Part shown: one piece after another, positions 17,896-28,823 of the stretch | Layout of the letters: every line of letters begins with the position of its first letter | Numbering within the stretch: the stretch's first letter is position 1 | Source of the DNA: Bacilli bacterium | Lineage (GTDB): Bacteria; Bacillota_I; Bacilli_A; RF39; UBA660 | Length of the DNA: 64,000 nt | Direction of reading: 5' to 3' | NCBI GenBank assembly: GCA_036648855.1 | Contig: JAVWCU010000001.1 | Coordinates: 3,121 to 67,120, forward strand | Notes under the pieces: model-generated | What the model saw: the letters and a program-made list of their open reading frames with translations, nothing else | Told to the model about the DNA's origin: nothing | The model's database searches: none | Position numbers and translations under genes: made by a program

Positions 17896-18469
17896 CATCC
17901 CAACCAATGCAATTGTATACTTAGTTACTTCCCCCATGTTCTCTTAGTATAAGTAAGAACTTGGTATGCTTATCTTTATATAGAATAAGCAAACTATCCA
18001 TCTATTTATTTATACAGTTAAGATAAGATCACTGTAGCTCCTATAGAACCCTTGCGGGAGAAAGAATAAGAGCTTTAATGAGACATTTTTAATGTTCCAT
18101 TAGAATAGCATTTAGCAACTGTGTGCGGTAAATCATAAGTGAATAGGCTTGGTGTTTTACTCCCAATGAATTCATAACTCAGTGTAGTATTAAGTTGACT
18201 GACATAATTGTTTCCACCAACTTAATATACCCCGGGCTAAAATTCTTGCCTCTTTTCCACTTATCATATACTAGGTACCCTCTCGCAAAATATAAAATTT
18301 TAAATATCATATACCAATTTTTAAATATTCTGACAATTATAATATATAATACAAAAATTACCTATAAAAAGTTTTCAGAAAATTCTGAACATTTAAAGAT
18401 ATAGTTAATATAAGACCATGTAAGAGGTTCTAATATAATATAAATAAGAAAAACAATGGAGGTAAAAAA

Positions 18470-18850
18470 ATGGCAATATTAAAAATAACAGATGGAAGCA
18501 ACAATGAAATAGAAGTAAAAGGAAGGATGACATTTAAGATAAGCAAAGTAGTAGATGAAAATGGTGAAGAATCTCAAGTTTGTTTAGGCCAAATGGCAAC
18601 TCATAAATACTTTGAAGAGATAACTAAAATAGAAACAGATAGATTCAAATTAGAAAATGTAGAAGTAATAGAAGAAACTTTTGGAACAAATGATTTTAAT
18701 ATCTTATATGATTTTGAAGTCAACGATTTTGGATGATCTGTTAAAGAGAATTATTTATCAGAAGAAACTATCAATAAGATAGAAGAAGATGAATATAAAG
18801 ATGATGAAGGAGATAAATATATGCTCTTAGAAAAAGGAAGTGATAAATAA
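18470..18850 (+). CDS. acidic hypothetical protein (126 aa); one in-frame TGA (18734) read as Trp
   Basis: GGAGGT 7 nt upstream of ATG. Track fragment 18470..18736 continues in frame for 37 codons to TAA 18848-18850; checked codon by codon. TAATG overlap with the next gene. Confidence 0.55.
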
Positions 18851-19515
18851 TGGATATAAGACATGAAATGGAAGATGCAAAAGTTCAAGAAGCTATTTCA
18901 CTTAGAGAAAACTTTGAAAATAATATATCTAATGTTTGGGGCCACAGTCCTCTTGGTTTAGAAGCTAAATCTGCAGCTATGTCTATGTTATCTACTAAGA
19001 CAGGTTTATATGCAAGAGTACCTATTACTTGTAAAGCTAATGGATGTCCTTATGAAGATTCATGTGCATTGCTTCCATATGGATTAGCACCTCTTGGTGA
19101 AAAGTGTCCATGAGAAACTGCATTAATAGAAACAAGATATGCTGGCTATATGAAAGACTACGATTTAGATCAAGCAAGTTATACTGATTCAACTCTTATT
19201 AGCGAACTCATAAATATAGATGTAATGCTAGAAAGAACTAAAGCTTTAATGGCTAAAGAAGAAACTCCTATTACAGATGTAGTTGCAGGTATGACAGAAT
19301 CAGGGGAACAATATACTAGACCTGAAATTTCTAAAGCTTCTGAAATATATGATAAAAATCTTAATAGAAAAGAAAGAATATTAGACTTAATGCTTGGAAC
19401 TAGAAAATCTAAAAAAGGTGATAAAAATGAAAATATCTCTGTTATGGATATTTTACATGGAGCTATAGATCAAACAGAATTTATCATAGAGGAAAAACCA
19501 GATAATTTCAAGTAA
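18850..19515 (+). CDS. hypothetical protein (221 aa) with KANGCPYEDSC...EKCPW Cys cluster; one in-frame TGA (19111)
   Basis: fragments 18850..19113 and 19150..19515 share a frame with no TAA/TAG between them. Confidence 0.55.
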
Positions 19516-19560
19516 TAATATAGTTAGCAATAAAAAATAAATAAGAAAGGAAGTGTTTAC

Positions 19561-20115
19561 ATGGCAAGTATAGGTAGACAAATTGCAGAAAGTGCTAAGA
19601 ACATAGCAAGTGATTTTTATAATGGGGCTGTTAAAGGAGTTAAAAAAGCTAACTTTACAGTTGATAATGCTTTTAAAAAAAGCTCTATGCCAAACAAACT
19701 TAATAACAATGCTAGTAAAAAAAGTATCATTAATACTGTTAAAGCTATACAACCTGATGCACCAACAGATCAGATTAGAGGACTTCGATTAGGACCTAAT
19801 GGTGCTAAAATAAAAAATGCTCCTGTAAAAGCAAAAATGAATTATAACAACGGTTCTATTGGTGCACAAGCTGGTAATTTTGTTGGGGGCGGAACTAGAG
19901 ATTCTTTTAATGCTTATAAAAATATGAAAGGTGATAATAAGAGTATTATAAATTCTATTAAACAAGGACATAAAAAAGCAGATGGTAAATATGATACTAA
20001 GAAAATAGCAGGTACTGCTTTTGGAGTTGGAGTTGCTGGAAGAATAGCGACTGGCGGCGGACTTTACAAAGATCAATATGGTAATACAAATTTACCAGGA
20101 GTACCATTTATATAA
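19561..20115 (+). CDS. Gly/Lys-rich hypothetical protein (184 aa), possible virion internal protein
   Basis: AAGGAAG 7 nt upstream of ATG. TAA stop. No TGA. Confidence 0.55.
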   Translation: MASIGRQIAESAKNIASDFYNGAVKGVKKANFTVDNAFKKSSMPNKLNNNASKKSIINTVKAIQPDAPTDQIRGLRLGPNGAKIKNAPVKAKMNYNNGSIGAQAGNFVGGGTRDSFNAYKNMKGDNKSIINSIKQGHKKADGKYDTKKIAGTAFGVGVAGRIATGGGLYKDQYGNTNLPGVPFI

Positions 20116-20124
20116 GTAATAATT

Positions 20125-20153
20125 TAGTGCAGTTATATACTGCACTATTTTTA
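20125..20153 (+). terminator. rho-independent terminator
   Basis: TAGTGCAG-TTATATA-CTGCACTA followed by TTTTTAAAT. Confidence 0.6.
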
Positions 20154-20172
20154 AATAAAGAGGTGATACAAA

Positions 20173-20874
20173 ATGTTAGACTACGTTGGTAGAGTAGTTA
20201 AAAAAACTGGAAATGTAATAGTAGGCTTAGCTAATAGTGGCTTAGTAAGTGGAGCATCTAAACTTGGTACTGGAGTATTAAAAGCTGGTGTTGAAGGTGG
20301 AGCAGGCTTACTTAACAAAGGAATTAAAGGTGCTCAAAAGAACATACCTAAATTAAAAAATATCAGTGGAAAACAAATTAGCGATGGCGTAGGAACAGCA
20401 GTTAATAAAACCATGGTTGGAAGAGGATCAGATTATAAACCTAAAGGAAGCTTTAGAGGTTCTCGTAAAAGTAGCGGAAGACCAAAAACTACTTATGTAT
20501 CAACTAATGATTCTTTTGGAGCATTAGATGCTATAACTGATAGAGCTAAAACATATATGGATGGAGCTGCTCATATTTTACAAGGAGATAGTTATTTAAC
20601 TGGTAAACAAGCTTTAATAAAAACAGGCTCTGATAATTATATGCCTTTTGGTTTAAAAGCTACAGGTCTTGGTACTACATTAGCAATAGGAGCTTCAGCT
20701 GCTTCAGGAATACCAGATGCTGCTAAACAATGAAATGATGGTAGAAAAGGATATAATCAAGATACACAACCTATGAGTATTGCACCACAAACACCAGCTT
20801 ATGCTAATAATGGTGGGGCTACAGGTGATTTAGTTTTCGCTTTAAATAATCTTAGAAATGGAGGAATGATGTAA
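20173..20874 (+). CDS. Gly-rich hypothetical protein (233 aa); one in-frame TGA (20731)
   Basis: AGAGGTGA RBS. Fragment 20173..20733 continues in frame to TAA 20872-20874 (checked). ATG of the next gene overlaps the TAA. Confidence 0.55.
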
Positions 20875-22832
20875 TGGCTCTTAATAAAACATATTATGAA
20901 GACGGGAAAATAAAAACTGTTGAAAGTGTTAATAAAAAAGGCGTACCTAAGTGAAAAAAAATCTATAATAAAAGCAATGAATTAACAGGAAGATTAGATT
21001 ATGGACCTAATGGTAAACTTTCTAAAGAAAATTATTTTAATAAAAATTCTAGAATTATATCAGAAAGTGTAAGCAGTTATCATCCATCTTTATTAGTAAA
21101 TCATAAATACGATGGAGAAAATCATTTAAAACAAGTTATTCATTACACTGGTGAAACTTTAGATTATTCTATTATTAAAGAATATACAAATGGAAACTTG
21201 AGCTTAAAAGGTTATCAAAATTCTGGAGAATTGCCTGTTCTAGAATCTGTAAATAACGAAAATATTAAAATAAATACAGATAACAATTTAGAAGTTAACG
21301 CAGTAGATAAAGTGCAACAAGATTTATTTGATGAAGAATCATTAAAAAGTTCTGAAGCTTATTATGAACAGCAGTATAAAAATAGACTTGAAACTGAACG
21401 TCAAGAAAAAGAATATCAAGAAATGTTAGCAAAAGAACAAAGAAGAGAAGAAGGAGAAAGAAAAGCAAAAGAAAAACTTGAACAAGAAAAAATAAAAGAA
21501 CAAAAAAATGCTAATATTAATCAAGAAAAGAAAAGAAGAACTGGAGCATATAAAGATGGAACGCTAATAGGAGCGACAGAAGAAAGTAATTTAACATCTT
21601 CAAATTGAAAGGCCATTTCAAAAGAAACTCCTGTAGAGAATGTAGTAGAAGAAGTCATAGAAAACACACCTCAAATAGAGACAGCTTTACCAGAACTTAA
21701 AGTGCCTGACGATGCAATTAATGAAGCTAAGTTAAACAAAGATTTGGATAATTTAAATTCAGAATATAGTAACGCCAGAGTAAATATAGATTCTGAGCAT
21801 TCAGAAGCTTTAAAGATGAATCAAGAAATTGATAAGCCTAAAATAAAAGAAGCGAAAGAAAGGTTAAGAGCAGATAAAAAAGAAGCAAGAAAAGAGAAAA
21901 AACAAAGAAAGCAAATATCAAAAAAAGAAAGACGTGCTAACAAAAAAGATATAAGAAATACTAAAAAAAGTATCAAGCTGGTAAATAGAGAAGAAAGAAA
22001 AGAAGCATCTGAAGCTCTTAAAAAAGAAACTGAAATAACTAACTTAGATAAACAAGTAAAAGAAAAATATTATAATAGTAGACAACTAGAATTAGAAGAA
22101 ACATTTTCTGATACAGAAACTTTAGAGAAGATCAATAGAGATGCTGTTTGAAATCAAAGAGAAACTGATGTTGATTACTTTGATGACTGAGAACAAAGAA
22201 AAGAAGAACATGCAGTTAAAATAGAAAATGAAAAAGATATTCCAGATAGTATTAAAGAATATGAAAAAAGAAAAAAACAATATGAAAAAAGAAAAAAACA
22301 ATATGTACATGATAATCCAGAAGCTGCTGCAGAATTAGAAGTAAAAAGAGCAGAATTAGAAGCAAAAAGAGAAAAGAAAAAAGCTCTCAAAGAAGGTGTT
22401 GAAGAAACTGGAGAAGATGTCGCTAAAAATTTAAAGAAGTCTACTATGAGAAACTTCGGCCACGTAATGAACTTAGGTTTTGGTGTAATGGATTATAAAG
22501 ATTCAAGAGAAGCTGGTAATAGCGTAGGAAAGTCTGTAGTAAAAGCAGGGGCAGAATTTGCTAAAGGTGAATTACTTGGTGGATGATATATGGCGGCAAT
22601 GGCTGCTAAAGCTGTGCCTACAATAGCTGTATCTGCAATAGAAGGTGTTAATAAGATGTCTAGAAGCATGAACTCTATGCAAGGGCGACAAGTCTTTGGA
22701 GATTCTCAATTCATGGATACTCCTCAATTAGCTACCATGAGACAATCAGGTATGGAATTAGCTAAGATGAGTCAATATAATTTACAACAATCTATGATGG
22801 GTAATGAAGCTGAATATATGCATAGACTTTAA
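20874..22832 (+). CDS. 652-aa protein: N-terminal MORN/YwqK-like repeats, central Lys/Glu-rich coiled coil with tandem EYEKRKKQY repeat, Gly/Ala/Met-rich C-terminus; five in-frame TGA (20952, 21606, 22149, 22188, 22584)
   Basis: track fragments 21198.., 21702.. and 22590.. are all in frame with ATG 20874. Every gap was checked codon by codon with no TAA/TAG. A 21-nt tandem repeat lies at 22262-22303. Confidence 0.6.
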
Positions 22833-22873
22833 TATAATAAATATATATCAAATTATCAAGGGGGATTTATTAT

Positions 22874-23563
22874 ATGGAAAAGATTAATTTTTTAGATTAT
22901 ATAGAAAGACATTATGGGTTTCAATTAACAAGTTCTCAGCTTAAATATTATTTTACAACAAATAAGTATGTTGTTATGACTAGTCCAAGAAAGGGCGGTA
23001 AAACTTTTATTGCTTCTTTAGACGCTTTACAAACTTGTACTACTCCTAATAAAAATGTATGTATTGTAATAGGAAGTGAAATAGAAAGAAGATTTATACA
23101 AAATTACATAATAGATATAGTAGAATCATTAAATGGTTATATAACTATCGACTTTATAAATGATAATCAAATTAAATTCACGAATAATTCTAATATTTAT
23201 TTTAAATCAAATGAATTTGATTCTAGAGGAACTAAATTTAATAAAGCTATAATATCGGAACCAGATTCTATAAATGATATGGAAGATTTAATATTAAGAT
23301 TAGAACTTTGCATGGCAATATGCCCAGATGCACAAATAAAACTAGTAGGAACACATATGAGAAATAAAACAAATTTAATATCTTATATGCTTAATCCTTA
23401 TTATGAAAAAATACAAATAACATATAACCAGTTACATTATAGACATAGTGAAGAAGATTTAAGAAAAATAAGAGAAATAATGGATACAGTGTCTTATAAT
23501 TTAGAGATTCTTAATAATATTAGTCCAAATGTAATTGGAGCTATGTTTCAAAGGAGTGAATAA
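22874..23563 (+). CDS. terminase large-subunit ATPase-domain paralog (229 aa; no nuclease domain)
   Basis: Walker A VVMTSPRKGGKTF. AIISEPD sits where Walker B (hhhhDE) belongs and VGT where the coupling motif belongs. Same block order as the real TerL exon 1/2 product. AAGGGGGA RBS. No TGA. Confidence 0.55.
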   Translation: MEKINFLDYIERHYGFQLTSSQLKYYFTTNKYVVMTSPRKGGKTFIASLDALQTCTTPNKNVCIVIGSEIERRFIQNYIIDIVESLNGYITIDFINDNQIKFTNNSNIYFKSNEFDSRGTKFNKAIISEPDSINDMEDLILRLELCMAICPDAQIKLVGTHMRNKTNLISYMLNPYYEKIQITYNQLHYRHSEEDLRKIREIMDTVSYNLEILNNISPNVIGAMFQRSE

Positions 23564-23567
23564 TCAA

Positions 23568-26500
23568 ATGGCATTAGCCAAATCACAAGCAGCTAAATTA
23601 AATGAAATAATGAGTGATCCTATTAAATGAGCACAAACTTTCCTTAGAACATTTAATTCAAAAACAAAACAAATAGAACCATGAACAGCTAGATGATATC
23701 AAGTAGAAATGTTAAGAGATAACCATACTAGAAAAGTATATAGATGTGGAAGGCGTATTGGAAAGACAGAGACAATGGTAGTTGAAATGTTATATCTTGC
23801 ATTTACTAAAAAGAACTTTAGAGTTTTAATGGCAGCACCCTACGAGAATCAAATTCGTAATATGTTTACACGTCTAAATGAATTAATAGCAGAATCTCCG
23901 TTAATAAAACAAGCAGTTGTTTCTACAACAAAAAACCCAGCTAAAATAGAATTCGCAAACGGATCTATGATACTGGGATTTACTACTGGGGACGATGCAG
24001 CTTCTGTCAGAGGACAGAGAGCAGATTTCAAAGATATATCAATATATATATTATTTGTTTAAAAGCTAAACCTCTTAGTAATAATTAGATGAGGTGATTA
24101 CAATGAATGACAAGAAATACATTAATAGAGAATGACTAAAAAAACAATTCGAAGAGTACAAAACTCCTTCATTAGTATCCACAATGACAGGCTATCCTAG
24201 AACTTGTATAACAAGATATGCTATTAAATATAATATCTATGAAAAGAAATATACAAGAGATAAGACTAATTATGTCAATGAAGATTATTTTAACAAAATA
24301 AATACTTCTGATAAAGCATATTTCCTTGGTTTTATAATGGCAGATGGAAATATGTATCAAAGAAGTAATGGTAAATATCAATTCTCTATTAAAATTAAAA
24401 GTTCTGATAAAGATATATTACTTAAATTTGCACAAGCAATTGACTTTAATATAGAAAAAATTACAGAAAGAAATGAAACTAGAAATGAAACAATTACAAG
24501 ATGTGCAGAAATCAAAATATACAATCAAACATTTTGTGAGAATTTAATAAAGCAAGGAGTTATTCCTAGAAAAACTGGAAAGGAATATATACCAAATATA
24601 AGTAGCAAATACTTAAAAGACTTTATTAGAGGCTATATAGATGGAGATGGATGAATAGGTAAAGATAACTTCCAGTTAGGATATTGTTCTTCTTCATATG
24701 AAATGATGCAACAAATTACTTCTTATATAAAAGAAGCTATTAATATAGACATGAAGATAAAAGAACAAAATAATATATATGTAGCAAAGATATACGCTAA
24801 AAAGAAAGTTTATCATTTATTAAAACATTTTTACTATGAAGGATGCACAGCTTTAGATAGAAAAAATAATTTAGCTAAACAAAAACAAATAGATTTATAT
24901 AACGATTTAATCGGTCTGCTATAATCTAGGTTAATTGACGGGAACAGGCTTAGAGCTTCATACACCAACTTATTATAGCGATACAATAAGGGCGTTGCTA
25001 ATCACAACGATATGGTAACAGAGATGAAGATTGCTTAATCCGCAGCCAAGCTCTTAATAGCTTTATTAAGATGAAGGTTCAACGACTAGTCCATTGGACG
25101 TAGGATTCAAGTGAATTCGAAACACCTAGCTAGAAAGATATAGTCTCGACATTTGGGGAAAACCCAAAGAGGATATATGGAAACGATATATCCGTAAGAT
25201 AACGTGAATATTTATAGATGAGGTTGACTTTATGAGCGAATACTGTTTTGAAGTTGTAGCAGCAGTAGCCATAGAAAGATCTGATATAGGAATAACAGTT
25301 TCTTCAACGCCGCTTGGTAAACGTAGTAAATTTTATCAAATGTGTACAGATACAAAAATGAATTATTCTCAACATTACCATCCATCAACTCATAATCCAA
25401 ACTGAGATTCTCAAATGGAAGCAGAGCTTAGAGCACAGTTAACAACAGAAGGTTACATACATGAAGTTTTAGCAGAGTTTGGTACACAAGAAAAAGGGGT
25501 GTTTGATAAAGACAAAATAGATGCTTCAATGAAAATATTGAATTATGCTTATAATGAATTAGATTTCTTCCAGCAAAAAGTTATAGCTGAAGAAGGAAGA
25601 GAAATGCCAGAAATGTTAATGTATAATCATTCTAATAGACCGCCAACAAATGTGTTTAGAACTATGGGAGTAGATTGAGATAAAAAAGATCATTGTCACA
25701 AACAACTTGCATAACTAATTGATTTTATCATATATTACATTTGAGGTGATTATATGATAACTAAAGAAGAATTAGAAAAATATATAAATAAAAAGATTTC
25801 TTTTAAGCAAGTATCAGTAGAATTAAATATTAGTTATAATACGGTTTTAAGATATGCAAAAAAATATAATTTAAAATCGGGAATAGGAACAAAAGGAGCA
25901 CAAAAACACACTATTAATGAAAACTATTTTGAAATGATAGATACAGAAGAAAAAGCTTATTGGTTAGGATTTATAGCTGCTGATGGAAATATCCATAGTT
26001 CTGTAAAAAACAAACCTATTAATAGATTACAAATAAATCTAAAAGGAAATGACATTGGTCATTTAAAAGCTTTTAATTCCACTTTGTTATCTTCTTATAA
26101 TGTAGAAGAAAAACAAGTAAACAAATATAATGTGTGTCAACTAAAAATAAATTCTACAAAGCTTTGTTCAGACTTGCAGAAATTAGGAATAACTCCGAGA
26201 AAGTCTTTAAATGTAGAAATGCCAATTTTGCCTAAAGAACTAATAAAACATTTCATAAGAGGGTATTTTGATGGGGATGGCAATATTAAAAATTTCACAG
26301 ATAAAAACGGAAGACATAGATACAATTTTAATATTGTTGGCGGCATAGATATGTTAACAGCTATTAAAAACAATATTCCTTGTGAAACATTGATATATAA
26401 TTTAAAAAGACAAGCCCCAATATACTCTTTAGAAACAACTAAAAAAGATAATCTTATTACAATTTATAATTATTTATATAAAAATGCTAATATATATCTT

Positions 26501-28751
26501 AATAGAAAAAAAGATATATTCGACAATTTAATGTCTCGCTTTACAGAAATGTAAAGGCAATAACCTTTTGAATTCAGGGAAACTCCAGAACGGACAACCT
26601 CTGAGCCAAGCCTAGAAATAGGAAGGTGCAACGACTATCGAAAACACGAATATCCGAGAAACACGGTTTTTGAAAGTGAGTAGAGTAGGGTCAAGCGACT
26701 CGAAGCGGAAGGGCTCTTAACAGATAAAGCTGAAGAGTATGATATAGTCTGAGCTATATGGGAACATATAGAAGGATGGAAATAGCGATTCCATTCGTAA
26801 CATAACTGAAATACGGAGCTTCGTCTTCTATATTAATACTTGACTATGATATGCAACTTGGCAAGTTTAAAGTATTTAAAAGAATAGAAGTTCCTAGATC
26901 AGAATACTCTTATGATGCAGCTGTTAATCTTATAATAGAATTAAATGAGATATATAATCCTTCATTTATATATTGTGATGCTGGTAGTGGTGAAATACAA
27001 ATTTATTAATTACATATAATAAGATTATTAAACTAATCGGAGGTATATGTATGTTTCCAATATGGATAAACAAAGCAATTGAATTAAGAAAAAACGGACT
27101 ATCTTACGCTAAGATAGGAAAGCTATTAAACACAGATAGAAAGAAGGTTAGTTTTTATCTACAAGAAAAAGGATATGGTCCTTCTAAAGCATATAAAAAA
27201 GCAAAGGAATTTAATCAACCAAATAAAAAAGCTATTAATGAAAATGTATTTGAAAAAATAGATACAGAAGAAAAAGCATATTGGTTGGGATTCATGTATG
27301 CTGATGGATGTGTTAATAGAACTTCTAACAGAATAGAATTATCTTTAAAAGAAGAAGATTATAGTCATATTGTTAAATTTAAAAACTTTTTAGAAAGTGA
27401 ACATATAATAGGAAAGAAATCTAAAACAATTAAAGATAAAACATATATAAGTTATCGACTTGGAATAACAAATGAAAAATTAAAAAATGATTTAATAAAG
27501 CACGGATGCGTGCCTAATAAAACTAAAGTTCTTCAATTTCCTAAATTAAATAAAAAACTTGTTAAACATTTTATAAGAGGATATTTAGATGGAGATGGAT
27601 GCATTACTCATCAAGCTACTTCTAAAATGAGTTTAGAAATATTAGGTACAGAAGAATTTTTAAGAGCTATATTAGATTATTATAATTTTCCAAATGACAA
27701 ATACATTTATACTTTTAAGCATTCAGATATAAAAAGGTTAATCTTATCTGGTCCAAAAGCTTTTGAAGTAATAGATGACTTATATAAAAAATCTAATATT
27801 TATTTAGAACGTAAATTCAATTTGTATAATAAATTCGCCCCTTTATTTAGAGATAAATAAAGAGTAGCGGGCAAAATCGGTAGAGGTGTTAGCGTGCTAG
27901 TACCGAGGTAACATATATGATAATCATATTGTACCGTAACGCATAGTGACTGAAAAGATATAATGTCGCCAAGAGTGTCCGCCACAGAGTCTTACCAACT
28001 CTCTTAGCCTAAGTAATAACTTAGGGTGAAAATGTATGCTAGACTGAACATGAAATAACATGTTGATGAAAATGAGTGAAAGCTCCAGAGCCTAAGATAA
28101 AAAGCTTAGGGTTAATAACATTCGGAATATCAAATAGAAAGATTACATATCTACGGAGAGGAGAATCCTCGTTCTGGATTAAAAGCCAAAGTTAAAAGAT
28201 GACAGTTTTCTAACAAGTTAGATATCATGGACCCAATAACAAAAGAAATAGAAAAGAAGCCACTTAAACCATTTATGGTCAATCAGCTTCAAATAGTCTT
28301 TGAAAGAGATAAATTAATATTATCTCCATACGATGCAATTCTTACTAAACAATTAGTAGATTATGAAGTTGAAAAAATAACAGAAGCGGGTATTCCCAAA
28401 TACACTTCTGAAAATGAACATTTTGTTGACGCATTAGGTTTAGCATATCTTGCAATGGTTCTTGAGTTTAAAGACTTAACAGGAGTTATAGAAGATATAC
28501 AAACTACTAGCGATTTCTTTATCTCTCATAAACAAGTAGGTGGAAATGCTATGAAAATTCAAGCAGAAACAAGAGCTAGAGCTGATAATAGAATAACAAA
28601 CTTTTATGAAAATACAGACTTTAGAGATTTAGAAGGCGATAGACAAAAGTGGGTAAAAGTAGATATGGAGTATCGTTCACCAAAAGTTCAATCAAGTAGA
28701 GGTGCAAGAGGTTGAGGTTCTAGGTCCGCAGGTAGTTTTAGCAGATTTTAA
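23568..28751 (+). CDS. terL: terminase large subunit, split into four exons (approximately 23568-24026, 25205-25675, 26830-26995 and 28215-28751) by three group I introns
   Basis: Exon 1: adenine-binding W-YQ plus Walker A RCGRRIGKTE. Exon 2: WIFIDE Walker B, SST coupling motif, NPNWDSQMEAELRAQL. Exon 3: IYCDAGSGE nuclease motif. Exon 4: LQIVFERDKLIL...NEHFVDALGLAYLAM nuclease C-terminus. The order matches T4 gp17. Each exon-frame ORF ends at a TAA inside the following intron. Six in-frame TGA across the exons. AAGGAGTG RBS before ATG 23568. Confidence 0.75.
24027..25204 (+). mobile_element. group I intron 1 in terL (boundaries approximate) carrying a LAGLIDADG endonuclease ORF
   Basis: splitting after GAT (..RGQRAD) and resuming at TGAATATTT restores RGQRADWIFIDE, which aligns with T4 RGNSFAMIYIDE. 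The 3' 300 nt are GC-richer and contain P7-like GACTA ... ATAGTC. The intron would end in G. Confidence 0.6.
24103..24924 (+). CDS. LAGLIDADG homing endonuclease (273 aa) with N-terminal HTH-like domain; two in-frame TGA (24133, 24652)
   Basis: motifs AYFLGFIMADGNM and FIRGYIDGDGW. Own RBS GAGGTGATTACAATG. TAA stop 24922-24924. Confidence 0.75.
25676..26829 (+). mobile_element. group I intron 2 in terL (boundaries approximate, +/-30 nt)
   Basis: non-coding 26555-26829 is GC-richer with CAACGACTA ... ATGATATAGTC, a P7-like pair, like intron 1. Confidence 0.55.
25754..26554 (+). CDS. LAGLIDADG homing endonuclease (266 aa), paralog of 24103..24924
   Basis: AYWLGFIAADGNI and FIRGYFDGDGNI. RBS GAGGTGATTATATG. 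No TGA. Confidence 0.75.
   Translation: MITKEELEKYINKKISFKQVSVELNISYNTVLRYAKKYNLKSGIGTKGAQKHTINENYFEMIDTEEKAYWLGFIAADGNIHSSVKNKPINRLQINLKGNDIGHLKAFNSTLLSSYNVEEKQVNKYNVCQLKINSTKLCSDLQKLGITPRKSLNVEMPILPKELIKHFIRGYFDGDGNIKNFTDKNGRHRYNFNIVGGIDMLTAIKNNIPCETLIYNLKRQAPIYSLETTKKDNLITIYNYLYKNANIYLNRKKDIFDNLMSRFTEM
26996..28214 (+). mobile_element. group I intron 3 in terL (boundaries approximate)
   Basis: HE ORF followed by about 350 nt of GC-richer structured RNA (27861-28214). The exon 4 reading frame opens at about 28215. Confidence 0.5.
27051..27860 (+). CDS. LAGLIDADG homing endonuclease (269 aa), third paralog
   Basis: AYWLGFMYADGCV and FIRGYLDGDGCI. RBS GGAGGTATATGTATG. No TGA. Confidence 0.75.
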   Translation: MFPIWINKAIELRKNGLSYAKIGKLLNTDRKKVSFYLQEKGYGPSKAYKKAKEFNQPNKKAINENVFEKIDTEEKAYWLGFMYADGCVNRTSNRIELSLKEEDYSHIVKFKNFLESEHIIGKKSKTIKDKTYISYRLGITNEKLKNDLIKHGCVPNKTKVLQFPKLNKKLVKHFIRGYLDGDGCITHQATSKMSLEILGTEEFLRAILDYYNFPNDKYIYTFKHSDIKRLILSGPKAFEVIDDLYKKSNIYLERKFNLYNKFAPLFRDK

Positions 28752-28762
28752 CAGTAATATAA

Positions 28763-28797
28763 TAGCGATGGTTAATAAACCATCGCTAATTTTATAT
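28763..28797 (+). terminator. rho-independent terminator after terL
   Basis: TAGCGATGG-TTAATAAA-CCATCGCTA followed by ATTTTATATATT. Confidence 0.6.
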
Positions 28798-28823
28798 ATT
28801 AAATAATGAAAGGAATGATATAA

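Noticed and set aside
18196-18350. Sigma-70-type promoters (TTGACT at 18196; TTAAAT-18 nt-TATAAT near 18325)
   Set aside because: Spacing to any -10 is wrong for the first. The second has a weak -35. In DNA this AT-rich such matches are expected by chance, so they are not called as features.
17619-18404. ORFs 17619..17924 (+) and 18195..18404 (+) in the divergent switch region
   Set aside because: No RBS. The first overlaps the start of 17198..17791 antisense. Hydrophobic low-complexity translations.
23568-28751. Inteins as the explanation for the split terminase
   Set aside because: Each endonuclease ORF has its own RBS and start codon. Exon reading frames hit TAA stops inside the insertions. 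Several hundred nt of non-coding structured RNA follow each endonuclease ORF. These are intron features, not in-frame protein splicing elements.
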